This document shows positions 18,850 to 28,783 of a DNA stretch of 47,581 bases, one piece after another; position 1 is the stretch's first letter; every line of letters begins with the position of its first letter. Source of the DNA: a virus (taxonomy: Duplodnaviria > Caudoviricetes); the IMG/VR virus record IMGVR_UViG_3300025392_000496, positions 1 through 47,581 of that record; one strand, given 5' to 3'. Made by a program: the position numbers and the translations under genes. Below the pieces are notes generated by a model, which was not told the DNA's origin, made no database searches, and worked only from the letters and a program-made list of their open reading frames with translations.

Positions 18850-20481
18850 ATGGCAAATAACAATTTCGTAGTACAAAATGGTCTTACAGTAGGTCCGTTA
18901 ACAATCAACGCTGCAACTGGTGATATCGTTACAACAGGTAACATTATAGCTACTAGTTCGATATCAAATGACTCAGTTAATACATTAACAGCTAACGTAT
19001 TAGTTGGCGGCAACAACGGCAATATTAGCTTAACTGGTAACATTTTACCTTCTGCTAACATTACTTACAACTTAGGTAGTCCAACACAACAGTTTAAATC
19101 TGTTTACGTTGGTCCAGGTACACTTTACGTTAACGGTAAACCAGTTATTACAGATAACTCCGGTACAATTCAGTTTACTACAACCCCAGGTCAAAACTTA
19201 GCTATCTTAACAGACGCAGGTGGTAACTTACAATTTGGCGCAAACGGCGCAGGTGGTGTAATTCAGATTCAAGCACCTTTACAAATTGGTGCAGGTTATA
19301 ACGTTACTTCCAGTGATGGTAATGCAATTAAGATTGCTAACCAAGTTGCTGTTGATAGTATTGTTTCTCGTAGTACTAATACAAACTTAACATTAGCTGC
19401 AAACGGTACAGGTAAAATTGCTATTAACAATAGTATTACTGGTGGCGGTACAGTTACTATTGCTGATACAACAGCAACATCATCATCTGGCACTGGTGCT
19501 TTAGTTGTATCAGGCGGTGTTGGCGTTAACGGTGACATTCGCGTATCTGGTAACGTTTACTCATATGGTTACATCAACGTATCAACTTCTCAGTTAGACG
19601 TTAGTGCTCCATTAGTATATCTAACAACTAGTGCACCATATCCATACAGTTATGATATTGGTATGTACAGTCACTTTATTGGCGGTGCTGCTAACACATA
19701 TCAACACACTGGTATTGTACGTAACCACGCCGACGGTGTTTGGAACTTCTTTAGTAACTGTATTAGTGAACCAACAACTACAATTAACTTCAGTGATCCA
19801 AACTTTGCTTTAGACACAATTAACATTGGTGGTCTTAAAGTTAACGGTTCTTCTGGTACAAACGGTCAGTTCTTACAATCAACTGGCTCTGGTCTAAGTT
19901 GGGTAACATTAAGTGCAAGTTCTATCAGTAACGGTACAAGTAACGTATCAGTGGCAAGTAACGCTGGTATTACATTTAACGTTGCCGGTGCAAACGTTGT
20001 TGCAGTTGGCTCAAGCGGTATTACTCCAAATGCCAACACTACTGTTAATATTGGTTCTACTAGTAACTGGTTTAACAATATCTACGGTACAGCAACACAC
20101 GCATTATACGCTGACTTGGCAGAAAATTACACAGCAGACAAAGCATATCCAGCTGGTACAGTAGTTATGTTTGGTGGTAGTGCAGAAGTTACTTTAGCTG
20201 ACGCTGATACAACAGCAGTAGCAGGTGTAGTTTCTACAAATCCAGCACACTTAATGAATGGCGGATTAACTGGCGGCAACGTAGTTCCATTGGCACTACA
20301 AGGTCGTGTACCATGTCAAGTTATTGGTCCAGTTAAGAAGGGCGATTTAATGGTATCAGCAGGTTTTGGTTTTGCTAAAGCTAACAACTCTGCTAACGTA
20401 GGTCAAGTAATTGGTAAAGCACTACAAGAAGTTGCCTTTGCAGGTAAGGCAGTAATTGAAGTAGTAGTTGGCCGCGTATAA
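18850..20481 (+). CDS. Fibre protein with C-terminal autoprocessing chaperone-like (Peptidase G2-like) domain
   Basis: YADLAENY...AGVVSTNPA.LMN...ALQGRVPC...IGKAL. Confidence 0.7.
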   Translation: MANNNFVVQNGLTVGPLTINAATGDIVTTGNIIATSSISNDSVNTLTANVLVGGNNGNISLTGNILPSANITYNLGSPTQQFKSVYVGPGTLYVNGKPVITDNSGTIQFTTTPGQNLAILTDAGGNLQFGANGAGGVIQIQAPLQIGAGYNVTSSDGNAIKIANQVAVDSIVSRSTNTNLTLAANGTGKIAINNSITGGGTVTIADTTATSSSGTGALVVSGGVGVNGDIRVSGNVYSYGYINVSTSQLDVSAPLVYLTTSAPYPYSYDIGMYSHFIGGAANTYQHTGIVRNHADGVWNFFSNCISEPTTTINFSDPNFALDTINIGGLKVNGSSGTNGQFLQSTGSGLSWVTLSASSISNGTSNVSVASNAGITFNVAGANVVAVGSSGITPNANTTVNIGSTSNWFNNIYGTATHALYADLAENYTADKAYPAGTVVMFGGSAEVTLADADTTAVAGVVSTNPAHLMNGGLTGGNVVPLALQGRVPCQVIGPVKKGDLMVSAGFGFAKANNSANVGQVIGKALQEVAFAGKAVIEVVVGRV

Positions 20482-20496
20482 ACTTTAAGTTTAAGC

Positions 20497-20522
20497 AAAA
20501 AGGGCACTACGGTGCCCTTTTT
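20497..20522 (+). terminator. Intrinsic terminator (UACG loop)
   Basis: aaaaaGGGCAC-tacg-GTGCCCttttt. Confidence 0.9.
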
Positions 20523-20529
20523 GTTTGGC

Positions 20530-20537
20530 GATAAATA
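20530..20537 (+). promoter_or_regulatory. Late promoter GATAAATA
   Basis: Directly after the terminator, upstream of ATG 20559. Confidence 0.7.
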
Positions 20538-20558
20538 TGTAATAAGACGGAAATAATA

Positions 20559-23090
20559 ATGGCTTTAACTCGCCCCAATTACAATAATTTACAAACAAAC
20601 GTTGAAGTTTTTACAACTCCGATGACAGTATTACACGGTGGCTCAAATCAGGCCAACGTTGATGTAGGATTTTTATTTAATCGTGCCAATGGTTTAGTTT
20701 CAAACGTATCACTATATTGGTCAGAATCAAGTCAAAGTATTGTACACGCATTTACAAGCAATACTGGACTAACAAATTCAAATATTGCTATAACAAGTTA
20801 CACTCCAGTTGATACAGGAAATCTTACAGTACATGGAAACGTAACAGTTACTGCCAACGAATATGTCAATACTGTTAACGCTATTAATGTCTATGCCAGC
20901 ACAATTGGTAATACTGGTGCTACCCTAACTGGTACATTATCAACTGCTGCACAACCAAACATTACCAGCGTTGGTACATTAGCTGGCTTACACGTAAATT
21001 CAAGTGGCATTCAGTCTGATGGAACAATTATTACTGGAACTGTAAATGCTGCCATTATTGGTAACGTTGGCGCAACGCACACAGGATCAACATTAACATT
21101 ATCTAGCTGGGCAAATATTGCCGGACCTTTAGTAGTAACAAATAATACTGCGGTACAGGCAATACAAGTAGCAGGCACTTCTACTAAGGGCGGTGCCGGT
21201 TATCACGATTTCTTATTGGCCACTAACCTTGGTGGCGGTACTAACCCAAATAAATCTTTCCGTTTAGACAGCTCTGGAAATTTTCAAATTATTAATAGTG
21301 CTTATACTGCAACTATTTTCCAACTTAGTGATGCTGGGGTACTTGGCGGCTTTAATCAGATTAGTGTCAGCGGATCAACCGGAACATCAGGACAAGTATT
21401 ATCGTCAACTGGTTCGGGCCTACAGTGGGTAGCCTCCGGCGGATTCTCGGGTGGTGCAGTACCTAACCAAACAACATTTGCCAGTAACGTAATCGCCAAC
21501 TCGGGTACCACAAGTACAAATAATACAACAGGTGCATTGGTAGTTGTTGGTGGTATGGGTGTGTCTGGCAACGTATGGGCCGGTCAGGTTTACGCTACTA
21601 ATAATGGTAATGGTACAAACTTTGCAGTTGGCGACGATGCTTGGATTGGCGATATTAATATAGCTAATACAATGGGAGTCAAAGGCCAGCAAGATGCCAC
21701 ACAAGGTTATATTGTATTTGGTAATGCTAATAACACAAATTATATTGGTCGCAATGGTTCAAATCCAATTACTGTTACAGGATCATTTAATGTTACTAAC
21801 GATTTAACTGTATCGGGAAATATTAATGCTTCTTATCTTAATACAGTATCATCAAGTCAACTTAGCGTCACTGCACCTTTGTTATATCTTACTGGCCAAG
21901 CATATCCGTATAATTATGATATTGGTACTTATAGTCACTTTATTGGTGGTCCGGCAAACGTCTACGCACATACTGGAATAGTACGTAGCTACCAAAATAA
22001 CTATTGGGGATTCTTTAGTAACGTAAAATCAGAACCAGCAGGCACCATTAATTGGGGTGATGCAGGATTAATTTGGGACACTATAAAAGCTGGGGCACTG
22101 ACCTTGGCCAATGCGTCTGGTACGGTATTAACAGTCAGTGGCAATACCGCAATTAACAGTACAATATATGCACAGGGTATATATGATAACAGCAATCGTG
22201 TATTAAGTACAAGTTCTGGAGCTGGTAATTTATCTATTAGTGGTACAGCCGTTACACTACCAGCAACCGGCCCTGGCGCTACTACAGTTGGTAGTTCGAC
22301 TAGTATTCCTGTAATTACTACCGATGCCTATGGTCGTATTTCTGCATTAACAAGTAGTGCAGTTAGTACAACAATTAATTTATCAGCTGGATCTGGATCT
22401 GGATCTGTAGCAGGTGGCGGAACATTAACGGTATCTGGTAGTACTGGGCTTACTACCAGTGTATCAAGTTCTACCATTACACTTACAAATAGTGGAGTAA
22501 CAAGTGCAATAGCCGGTACCGGCGTAAATGTTTCAAGTTCAACTGGAGCAGTTACTATAAGCATTGGTCAAGCAGTAGCAACAACTAGCTCTCCAACTTT
22601 TGCCGGGTTAACCAGTGCAGGATCAGTTATTCCAAGTGCTAACGTAACTTATAATTTAGGATCTAGTACTGCATGGTGGTCTACTGTATACGGTAAAGCG
22701 GTACAAGCGCAATACGCTGACTTAGCAGAAAATTATCTTGCTGATGCAGATTACCCACCAGGAACAGTGGTAGTCTTTGGTGGTGATAAAGAAATTACAG
22801 TAACTACATTAGATCATGATACCGCAGTAGCTGGGGTTATATCCACGGATCCTGCATACTTAATGAATGCTGTAGCCAAAGGTTTACCAGTAGCATTAAC
22901 AGGACGTGTTCCGTGTCGTGTACAAGGCCCGGTAATTAAAGGGCAAGTGCTAGTCACTAGCTCTACACCTGGCGTAGCACAAGCTATTGATAATTCTAAG
23001 TTTTTACCTGGATGTGTGGTGGGTAAAGCACTCGAAACAATAAATACTAATACTATAGAGACCATAGAAGTGGTCGTGGGAAGATTTTAA
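20559..23090 (+). CDS. Fibre protein, partial paralog of 18850..20481
   Basis: Shares the YPY.YDIG.YSHFIGG.AN.Y.HTGIVR block and the YADLAENY C-terminal domain; ITTDAYGRI fibre motif. Confidence 0.75.
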   Translation: MALTRPNYNNLQTNVEVFTTPMTVLHGGSNQANVDVGFLFNRANGLVSNVSLYWSESSQSIVHAFTSNTGLTNSNIAITSYTPVDTGNLTVHGNVTVTANEYVNTVNAINVYASTIGNTGATLTGTLSTAAQPNITSVGTLAGLHVNSSGIQSDGTIITGTVNAAIIGNVGATHTGSTLTLSSWANIAGPLVVTNNTAVQAIQVAGTSTKGGAGYHDFLLATNLGGGTNPNKSFRLDSSGNFQIINSAYTATIFQLSDAGVLGGFNQISVSGSTGTSGQVLSSTGSGLQWVASGGFSGGAVPNQTTFASNVIANSGTTSTNNTTGALVVVGGMGVSGNVWAGQVYATNNGNGTNFAVGDDAWIGDINIANTMGVKGQQDATQGYIVFGNANNTNYIGRNGSNPITVTGSFNVTNDLTVSGNINASYLNTVSSSQLSVTAPLLYLTGQAYPYNYDIGTYSHFIGGPANVYAHTGIVRSYQNNYWGFFSNVKSEPAGTINWGDAGLIWDTIKAGALTLANASGTVLTVSGNTAINSTIYAQGIYDNSNRVLSTSSGAGNLSISGTAVTLPATGPGATTVGSSTSIPVITTDAYGRISALTSSAVSTTINLSAGSGSGSVAGGGTLTVSGSTGLTTSVSSSTITLTNSGVTSAIAGTGVNVSSSTGAVTISIGQAVATTSSPTFAGLTSAGSVIPSANVTYNLGSSTAWWSTVYGKAVQAQYADLAENYLADADYPPGTVVVFGGDKEITVTTLDHDTAVAGVISTDPAYLMNAVAKGLPVALTGRVPCRVQGPVIKGQVLVTSSTPGVAQAIDNSKFLPGCVVGKALETINTNTIETIEVVVGRF

Positions 23091-23786
23091 ATGCAAAAAC
23101 TCAGACAAATTTATCGTAGCAATTATACCGGCGAAAACGTAGTTACTACATTAACGTACGAAGGCGGTGACTGGAAACCAGAAACAGAAATGGTTCCAAA
23201 TAGTGTTTTTACAACACACACTACTAGCCAAGCTATTGCTATTGCTAATGGCCCATCTCGCAATGGTTTTGATCTAACACACATAGCCAATCATAAAGGT
23301 GGTTTATTTGGTGTAGACCGATTACAAAGTTATGGCTGTAACTCAATTTATAACGAGTTTACACCAGACTTCTTAATTGCAATTGATGATGAAGTTATTG
23401 CAAATCTTGCAGATTCAGAATATACCGCAGATAACATTGTTTATGTGCAAGGCGAGAACGTATTAAAATATCCTGGTAAATTTTACCTAATACCACAAAA
23501 CGTATCATATGATGCTGGCTCATTAGCTGCATATATGGCTTGCTTTGATGGTCATACTAAGGTGTATTTAATGGGTTACGACAGTTACGATGAAACAACA
23601 ACTGATCATCCAACTGCAACATTTTTTATTAAATCATTATTATCAGTAATTCAAACTTATAACGAAGTTGAATTTGTAAGAGTAATGCCAACAAGTAATT
23701 ATTCTTGCTCAACAGAATTATCTAGTCAGCCAAACTTCCGTCAAATTGATTTTAGAGATTTTGTATTAGAAGCCGATATCGGTTAA
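23091..23786 (+). CDS. Maf/DUF115 or sialyltransferase-like (GT-A variant) protein
   Basis: AIAIANGPSR, YGCN, PDFLIAID and G.TKVYLMGYD motifs; starts on the base right after the fibre stop codon. Confidence 0.55.
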   Translation: MQKLRQIYRSNYTGENVVTTLTYEGGDWKPETEMVPNSVFTTHTTSQAIAIANGPSRNGFDLTHIANHKGGLFGVDRLQSYGCNSIYNEFTPDFLIAIDDEVIANLADSEYTADNIVYVQGENVLKYPGKFYLIPQNVSYDAGSLAAYMACFDGHTKVYLMGYDSYDETTTDHPTATFFIKSLLSVIQTYNEVEFVRVMPTSNYSCSTELSSQPNFRQIDFRDFVLEADIG

Positions 23787-24214
23787 TTTAATATAGACTC
23801 TAAAGTCTTTATTTTACGTTTTACAATATCAAAATTGAAACTACGCCAAAGCCCAGGATGTAAGGGCTTTGGATGGTCATCTAAATTTACCCAGCAGTAT
23901 CCGCGATGTTCATCATTGAGTTTAGGTACAAATTCATCATCAACACTTACTAAGAATGTATAGTAAACAAATTTACGATTGTCTGCTGTAAACGTTTCCA
24001 GTGGAATAAATTTCTTTTTGGAAAAATCTTGCCCAATCTCTTCCTGTATTTCTCTAACCAGGCCTTGTATAACTGTTTCGCCTGATTCAATTTTACCGCC
24101 AACGATACCCCACGAGCCTGCGTGTTTAGTTTTATTGCGTAGTAAAAAAAGATAACGATTAGTTGACTTGGCGTAAACTAATGCGCCACAACCTTCTAAG
24201 TGTGTAAAAGACAT
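23783..24214 (-). CDS. Nudix hydrolase (probable start 24214)
   Basis: Nudix box GGKIESGETVIQGLVREIQEEIG; TAATG coupling to gp15. Confidence 0.9.
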   Translation of the reverse strand: MSFTHLEGCGALVYAKSTNRYLFLLRNKTKHAGSWGIVGGKIESGETVIQGLVREIQEEIGQDFSKKKFIPLETFTADNRKFVYYTFLVSVDDEFVPKLNDEHRGYCWVNLDDHPKPLHPGLWRSFNFDIVKRKIKTLESILN

Positions 24215-25584
24215 TAAAGAACCAAACTCCAAAATCCAGATTTGTATATACCTTCGTAACTTTTAACCCATACTTCTCCAGTCCAACGATATTGAACCAT
24301 AGTATTGGCATTAGTTACATATTGTACACCCGGATTGTTTTGACTGTCAAAACTAACAGTCCATCGAGAACCATTCCATTCAATGATATCATAAGCATGA
24401 GCAATTAAATTACTGCCAGGATCTCCCTGCCATGCAATCGCACTTTCGCTTTCGGCGTCACCGATTGGATTTAATATTAAGTATCTTGTACCTACTGTGG
24501 GATTTAATAAATTACTATCAACAGTAACAGTACGTGGATCAATAATAGCATCAACTGCTTCTAATGTATTGGCTGGCAAGGTCTGCGGAAACGGACTAAT
24601 TAATAATTGCGTTGGGTCAGCTGGATTATATGCAACAGTACCAACAATCTCATGCGGACCGTCGGGGTAATCAAATTCTAAACGTATCTGACTAATACCA
24701 TTGGTAAACTTGCCATATAAATTAATTAGGCCATCCCAGCGTACAGCATTTCCGTTGCCATTTGGTGTTACACCGTCCTTATATAAAGTCAACGTATTGC
24801 CAATGTACAACACATCATAGTTGAGTGGCGTATATCTTTGTTGACTCATTAATCCATTGGCAACAGTAATAACTTCAGGATTTAAACTACCATTAACATC
24901 ATAGATGCTGGCAACAATCTGTGCAACAACACCCATCTTTTTAACTTTAGCAGGCAAGGTAATCCAAATTGGTAATTCAAATGTTAGTGTAGCAACATCA
25001 ATACTGGAATCGTCACCCATCATTGGCACACTACGGCTAGTATAAGTTACATCAGTTAAGTGTACTACGCTTAAACTAGTCCAATCAACATAATTATCAT
25101 TACTTTGTATTTCCATTCCTGGATTGAACAATGGAGTTATCTGTTCAATTAATTGATGTTTTTGTTCAGTATTACTGGTCCATATATCAACTTTCATTGT
25201 CAATTTATATGGCGCAGGCATGATACGTTCTACTGTATAAATTCCATCCTGAACTCCAGTGTATGCTTGACTACCTTCATCAAATAATTGCTCACGCACA
25301 CGTATAGTGCTTTCGTGATAAGGATTTTGTAAACGTTCGCGATCATATGTTAGTGCAGAAATATAAGTGGCCATAGCAGGAACAGCATTTAAACTGTTTT
25401 CGCTATTATTCTTTAAAATCATTGCAGCCTGACGACTTACATCTCCATAATAAATTGGAACTGTTTGTAGTGTGCGATTGCCATTGGTATCCTGCCCAAA
25501 CTCAACTTGAAAGTTTGAAAGCATACGAACAAACTGTATTATAAACCGACGTAGTTGACCGTCGTAACTAAACTGTACTGGCAT
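24214..25584 (-). CDS. gp15: Tail terminator/sheath stabiliser, T4 gp15-like, with C-terminal extension
   Basis: VPIYYG, MPAPYKL..KVDIW and QLIEQI.PLFNP motifs. Confidence 0.8.
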   Translation of the reverse strand: MPVQFSYDGQLRRFIIQFVRMLSNFQVEFGQDTNGNRTLQTVPIYYGDVSRQAAMILKNNSENSLNAVPAMATYISALTYDRERLQNPYHESTIRVREQLFDEGSQAYTGVQDGIYTVERIMPAPYKLTMKVDIWTSNTEQKHQLIEQITPLFNPGMEIQSNDNYVDWTSLSVVHLTDVTYTSRSVPMMGDDSSIDVATLTFELPIWITLPAKVKKMGVVAQIVASIYDVNGSLNPEVITVANGLMSQQRYTPLNYDVLYIGNTLTLYKDGVTPNGNGNAVRWDGLINLYGKFTNGISQIRLEFDYPDGPHEIVGTVAYNPADPTQLLISPFPQTLPANTLEAVDAIIDPRTVTVDSNLLNPTVGTRYLILNPIGDAESESAIAWQGDPGSNLIAHAYDIIEWNGSRWTVSFDSQNNPGVQYVTNANTMVQYRWTGEVWVKSYEGIYKSGFWSLVL

Positions 25585-26756
25585 TAATTATCCGCCTTGG
25601 GTGTAAAAATTTTACTTAAACTCTGGCGCTCATTATGGGTCTGTCCTTCGGCGTCAGTGTAAGTGTTAGTGTTATTTACATAACTTGATTTCTGTGTTTG
25701 ATTATTTGTAGCACCTGGTGTTAAGTTTGTACGTACATTATCTTCAACTTTAACCCAATAACTTCCAGAGAATCTAAATAAACGATTTGGCAAGTAGTCC
25801 AAGCGTAAGAAGTATTCTCCAGTTGTTGGATTTGCAGGGAAAGAAATACCAGCGCCGGTAACTAAGTTGTTTGGTGCAAGACCATCGCCAGTTAAGTAAC
25901 CTTCAACTTTGTTTAGCGGACTCTGTGATCCGGAATCTGCATTTATTGTATTGTCTGAAGTGGCTAATAAACTACTAGATGTTGTTGGATCTGCTATAGG
26001 TTGAGTACCACTATCGTTTGTTGGTAAAGTATACAAGTGACTTGTATCGTAACCTGACTTAGGCACATCAATTTCTGCCTGTGCAACGATAGCATTGTTA
26101 ATATTTTGATAGGTATTTAGAGTACTTAAAATTTGTCCTACTGGCGTAGTAGTACCATCCCCGGCAGCAATATTATTAATAATATCCTTGTACTCTTGAC
26201 TGTCTACTAACGGATTAAGTTTAACACGCCACAAGTGCGGCCACCAAGTTGGACTAAAACCTTCTGCAGCAAAACTAGCATCGCCGACTACATAATAGCG
26301 TTTCAATGCTGCTGGCACACTTTGATCTAAAGAATCATAATCTTTTAGGTGTTGTAGTTCTAATACGTCACCGGCCATTAGTTTACGGCCAATTTGATCA
26401 ACCATATCGCGTAAATGGAACACCATAAAGATAGTACCGGTTTGCAGGAATAAGCCAAATTGACTTAGATCAAAGTCCTGATCAGCACGTTGGTAGATAC
26501 CACGCATTTTGTAAACATTTAGATCGTACTTACGATCACGGTTTTCGATCCATAGTAGATCTTGAATATTGCGTTCACTTTGGTTTAGGTAATCGGGTTG
26601 AGTTGGATCAGTGTTACCAGTTTGCTCGATAGGACCCAGGTACTTGTTTAGTAGTACTCCTGTTCCGCCGATGGTAAACATTTCGGATATACGACGATCC
26701 ATAAACTTATAATCGTTTGTATGTTTTCCGTCTTTCCAAAGCGATAATCTTGACAT
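25584..26756 (-). CDS. gp14: Neck protein, T4 gp14-like
   Basis: LSQFGL and GDVLEL motifs; coupled upstream of gp15. Confidence 0.65.
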   Translation of the reverse strand: MSRLSLWKDGKHTNDYKFMDRRISEMFTIGGTGVLLNKYLGPIEQTGNTDPTQPDYLNQSERNIQDLLWIENRDRKYDLNVYKMRGIYQRADQDFDLSQFGLFLQTGTIFMVFHLRDMVDQIGRKLMAGDVLELQHLKDYDSLDQSVPAALKRYYVVGDASFAAEGFSPTWWPHLWRVKLNPLVDSQEYKDIINNIAAGDGTTTPVGQILSTLNTYQNINNAIVAQAEIDVPKSGYDTSHLYTLPTNDSGTQPIADPTTSSSLLATSDNTINADSGSQSPLNKVEGYLTGDGLAPNNLVTGAGISFPANPTTGEYFLRLDYLPNRLFRFSGSYWVKVEDNVRTNLTPGATNNQTQKSSYVNNTNTYTDAEGQTHNERQSLSKIFTPKADN

Positions 26757-26777
26757 TCTAAATCCTAATATTTGTAG

Positions 26778-26785
26778 TATTTATC
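26778..26785 (-). promoter_or_regulatory. Late promoter GATAAATA for the gp14-gp15-Nudix operon
   Basis: tatttatc on the plus strand; an AGGA SD follows on the minus strand. Confidence 0.7.
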
Positions 26786-26790
26786 GCGAC

Positions 26791-26819
26791 TTGACCCATA
26801 AATCCATTTAATATATAAT
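26791..26819 (+). promoter_or_regulatory. Sigma70-type early promoter
   Basis: TTGACC-N17-TATAAT, 6 nt before ATG 26826. Confidence 0.8.
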
Positions 26820-26825
26820 AGTAGT

Positions 26826-27086
26826 ATGGAGTCAAATTCTACCCTAAAACACCGGTTGGATACTATATTTTTTCAAATTATAGATATCGCCCCTAACATG
26901 CGGGAAGATATGCGACGACTGTGGCGCCCGGCTAGAGCACTATGGGATCAATTGGATCGTGAATTGGTTGAATGCCGCAGGATTAATAAACCCACAGCAC
27001 GATACCAAGAAATTGAAGCCGATTTAATTGCTCGTTTAGATTTAATGGAACAAAATCTCACTTTTGCTACGTTATTGACAAAATAA
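26826..27086 (+). CDS. Hypothetical helical protein (86 aa)
   Basis: ORF with its own sigma70-type promoter. Confidence 0.6.
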   Translation: MESNSTLKHRLDTIFFQIIDIAPNMREDMRRLWRPARALWDQLDRELVECRRINKPTARYQEIEADLIARLDLMEQNLTFATLLTK

Positions 27087-27103
27087 GCTAATTAAAGTAT
27101 AAT
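27075..27103 (+). promoter_or_regulatory. Perfect-consensus sigma70 promoter
   Basis: TTGACA-N17-TATAAT, 5 nt before ATG 27109. Confidence 0.85.
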
Positions 27104-27108
27104 AACGC

Positions 27109-27612
27109 ATGTTGATATTTTTAGACACTGAATTCACAGACTTTCCCGAGTCAGACTGCGACTTAATTTCTATCGGATTAGTCGACGAAACCGGTAGAGA
27201 ATTTTACGCAGAGAGTGTGCAGTATCGACAGGAAGCCTGTAGTGATTTTGTTCGTGAAGTGGTTGTTCCTTTATTGGGTGAACATCCAAAACGCATAGTG
27301 GATAATTACTATGGCATTGCGATGAAATTGAATAAATGGTTGAAGCATTACGGCGACGAAGTTGTTACAGTTTGTTTTGACTATAACACCGATTGGTATT
27401 TAATGGTAAAACTGTTACAATTACTGCCAGAAGAAGAACTGTTTAGCAATATTCAAGCCACAAACATTTGGGGTGATATAGATCCGCAGGCAATAGATTA
27501 TTATTGGGCAGAGGTTGACGCCTTTGGTCATAAACAGCATCATGCACTTTATGATGCACGTGGTAACAAGTATGCTTACAAACCTTTAGTAAGAGAAAGA
27601 CAAAATGGCTAA
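27109..27612 (+). CDS. DEDDh 3'-5' exo(ribo)nuclease, Rv2179c/DUF5051-like
   Basis: IFLDTEFT, DLISIGLV, EFYAE and HHALYDA motifs. Confidence 0.8.
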   Translation: MLIFLDTEFTDFPESDCDLISIGLVDETGREFYAESVQYRQEACSDFVREVVVPLLGEHPKRIVDNYYGIAMKLNKWLKHYGDEVVTVCFDYNTDWYLMVKLLQLLPEEELFSNIQATNIWGDIDPQAIDYYWAEVDAFGHKQHHALYDARGNKYAYKPLVRERQNG

Positions 27613-28783
27613 CATCAAAATCAACGGAAAAGTAACTAAAACTAAAAAATCAGCACCGCGTACCAGCGCCATGCTCGATGAAAAGTACACAGGCGATGAG
27701 CCTAAGTGGGATACCGAACGTGCCCGAGCAATGCCGTTTGAAGAGTTTGATCACTTTATGCGTAAAAGTCTAAACTATTACAATTACTTTTACACACAGA
27801 AAGATTTAAAGAAGCACGTTGTTGCCTGGATGAAAGAAGTTAAAGACTTTACACCAGAAGAAATTAAGGCATTTGAACGTGCTGGCGATCGTACAGTTAG
27901 TATGACCACTTGCGGACTTATTATGGCACATCGTCAAGGTATGCCACTACAAGAACGTCACATTGAATTCATTGATGCCAATATCCTTGAAAGTATCAAT
28001 AGTAAATCAGCAGAAGAAGTTGTTGAAGTAGTTGATGAAAAACCCAAAGCATACGTTCCAACTATCCAGGACAGATTAAATGAAAAAACAGCAGATACTA
28101 TTGGCGAACTTGAAGGTCACTACGATGCATTTATTAGTGACCCTAAGTACAGCTTTAAGCCTTACGATTATCTTGTCGCTAATAATGTTCCTCAAAGTCA
28201 GTTAAGCAAATACGAAGCAGTATACCAAGCTCGCTTTGATGAACTCAAGGCTGCTTACGAAAAACAAGACGAACAGTTAGTTGAAGGTTATAGTCATTAC
28301 AAGGCCGCAGACTTTAAACGCATCTTTGCTTTTATTGATCAAATCCTAAACGATATTATTCAGTATCGTGGTGTCAAGAAAGCAACTAAGAAGGTACGTG
28401 CTCCTAAATCAGTAAGTAAAGAAAAGGTAGTGGCCAAGCTCAAGTATGCTAAAGAAGATAAAGTACTGCGTTTGGTCAGTATCAATCCTGCAGACATTAT
28501 TGGTGCACAAGAGCTATGGGTGTATAACAGCAAAACACGCAAGCTAGGTAAGTATGTAGCTGATAGTTTAAAAGGACCCTTAAACGTCAAAGGAACCGGC
28601 ATTATCGGCTTTGACGAGCACAAATCCACGTCAAAAACACTCCGCAAACCTGATGAAAAGCTCAAGGAGTTTGCTCGTGCTACTAAGATACAATTACGCA
28701 GATTCTTAGAAGATATTAAAGCAACCGAAACTCGGCTCAACGGTCGCATCAATACAGAAACCGTACTACTTCGTGTTCAGTAA
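27605..28783 (+). CDS. Hypothetical protein with basic C-terminal domain
   Basis: 392-aa ORF overlapping the upstream gene; the C-terminal SINPADIIGA.ELWVYN.KTRKL...KTLRKP recalls conserved T4-like phage hypotheticals. Confidence 0.6.
   Translation: MANIKINGKVTKTKKSAPRTSAMLDEKYTGDEPKWDTERARAMPFEEFDHFMRKSLNYYNYFYTQKDLKKHVVAWMKEVKDFTPEEIKAFERAGDRTVSMTTCGLIMAHRQGMPLQERHIEFIDANILESINSKSAEEVVEVVDEKPKAYVPTIQDRLNEKTADTIGELEGHYDAFISDPKYSFKPYDYLVANNVPQSQLSKYEAVYQARFDELKAAYEKQDEQLVEGYSHYKAADFKRIFAFIDQILNDIIQYRGVKKATKKVRAPKSVSKEKVVAKLKYAKEDKVLRLVSINPADIIGAQELWVYNSKTRKLGKYVADSLKGPLNVKGTGIIGFDEHKSTSKTLRKPDEKLKEFARATKIQLRRFLEDIKATETRLNGRINTETVLLRVQ

Noticed and set aside
13034-21000. LAGL strings in fibre proteins (ATLAGL, GTLAGL)
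   Set aside because: They lack the preceding charged amphipathic helix, so they are treated as chance matches and excluded from the loading-tag set.
14606-23090. Repeats between and within fibre genes as a possible diversity-generating retroelement TR/VR pair
   Set aside because: Differences within the long fibre are mostly synonymous third-position changes, not adenine-specific, and no reverse transcriptase is present in the window.
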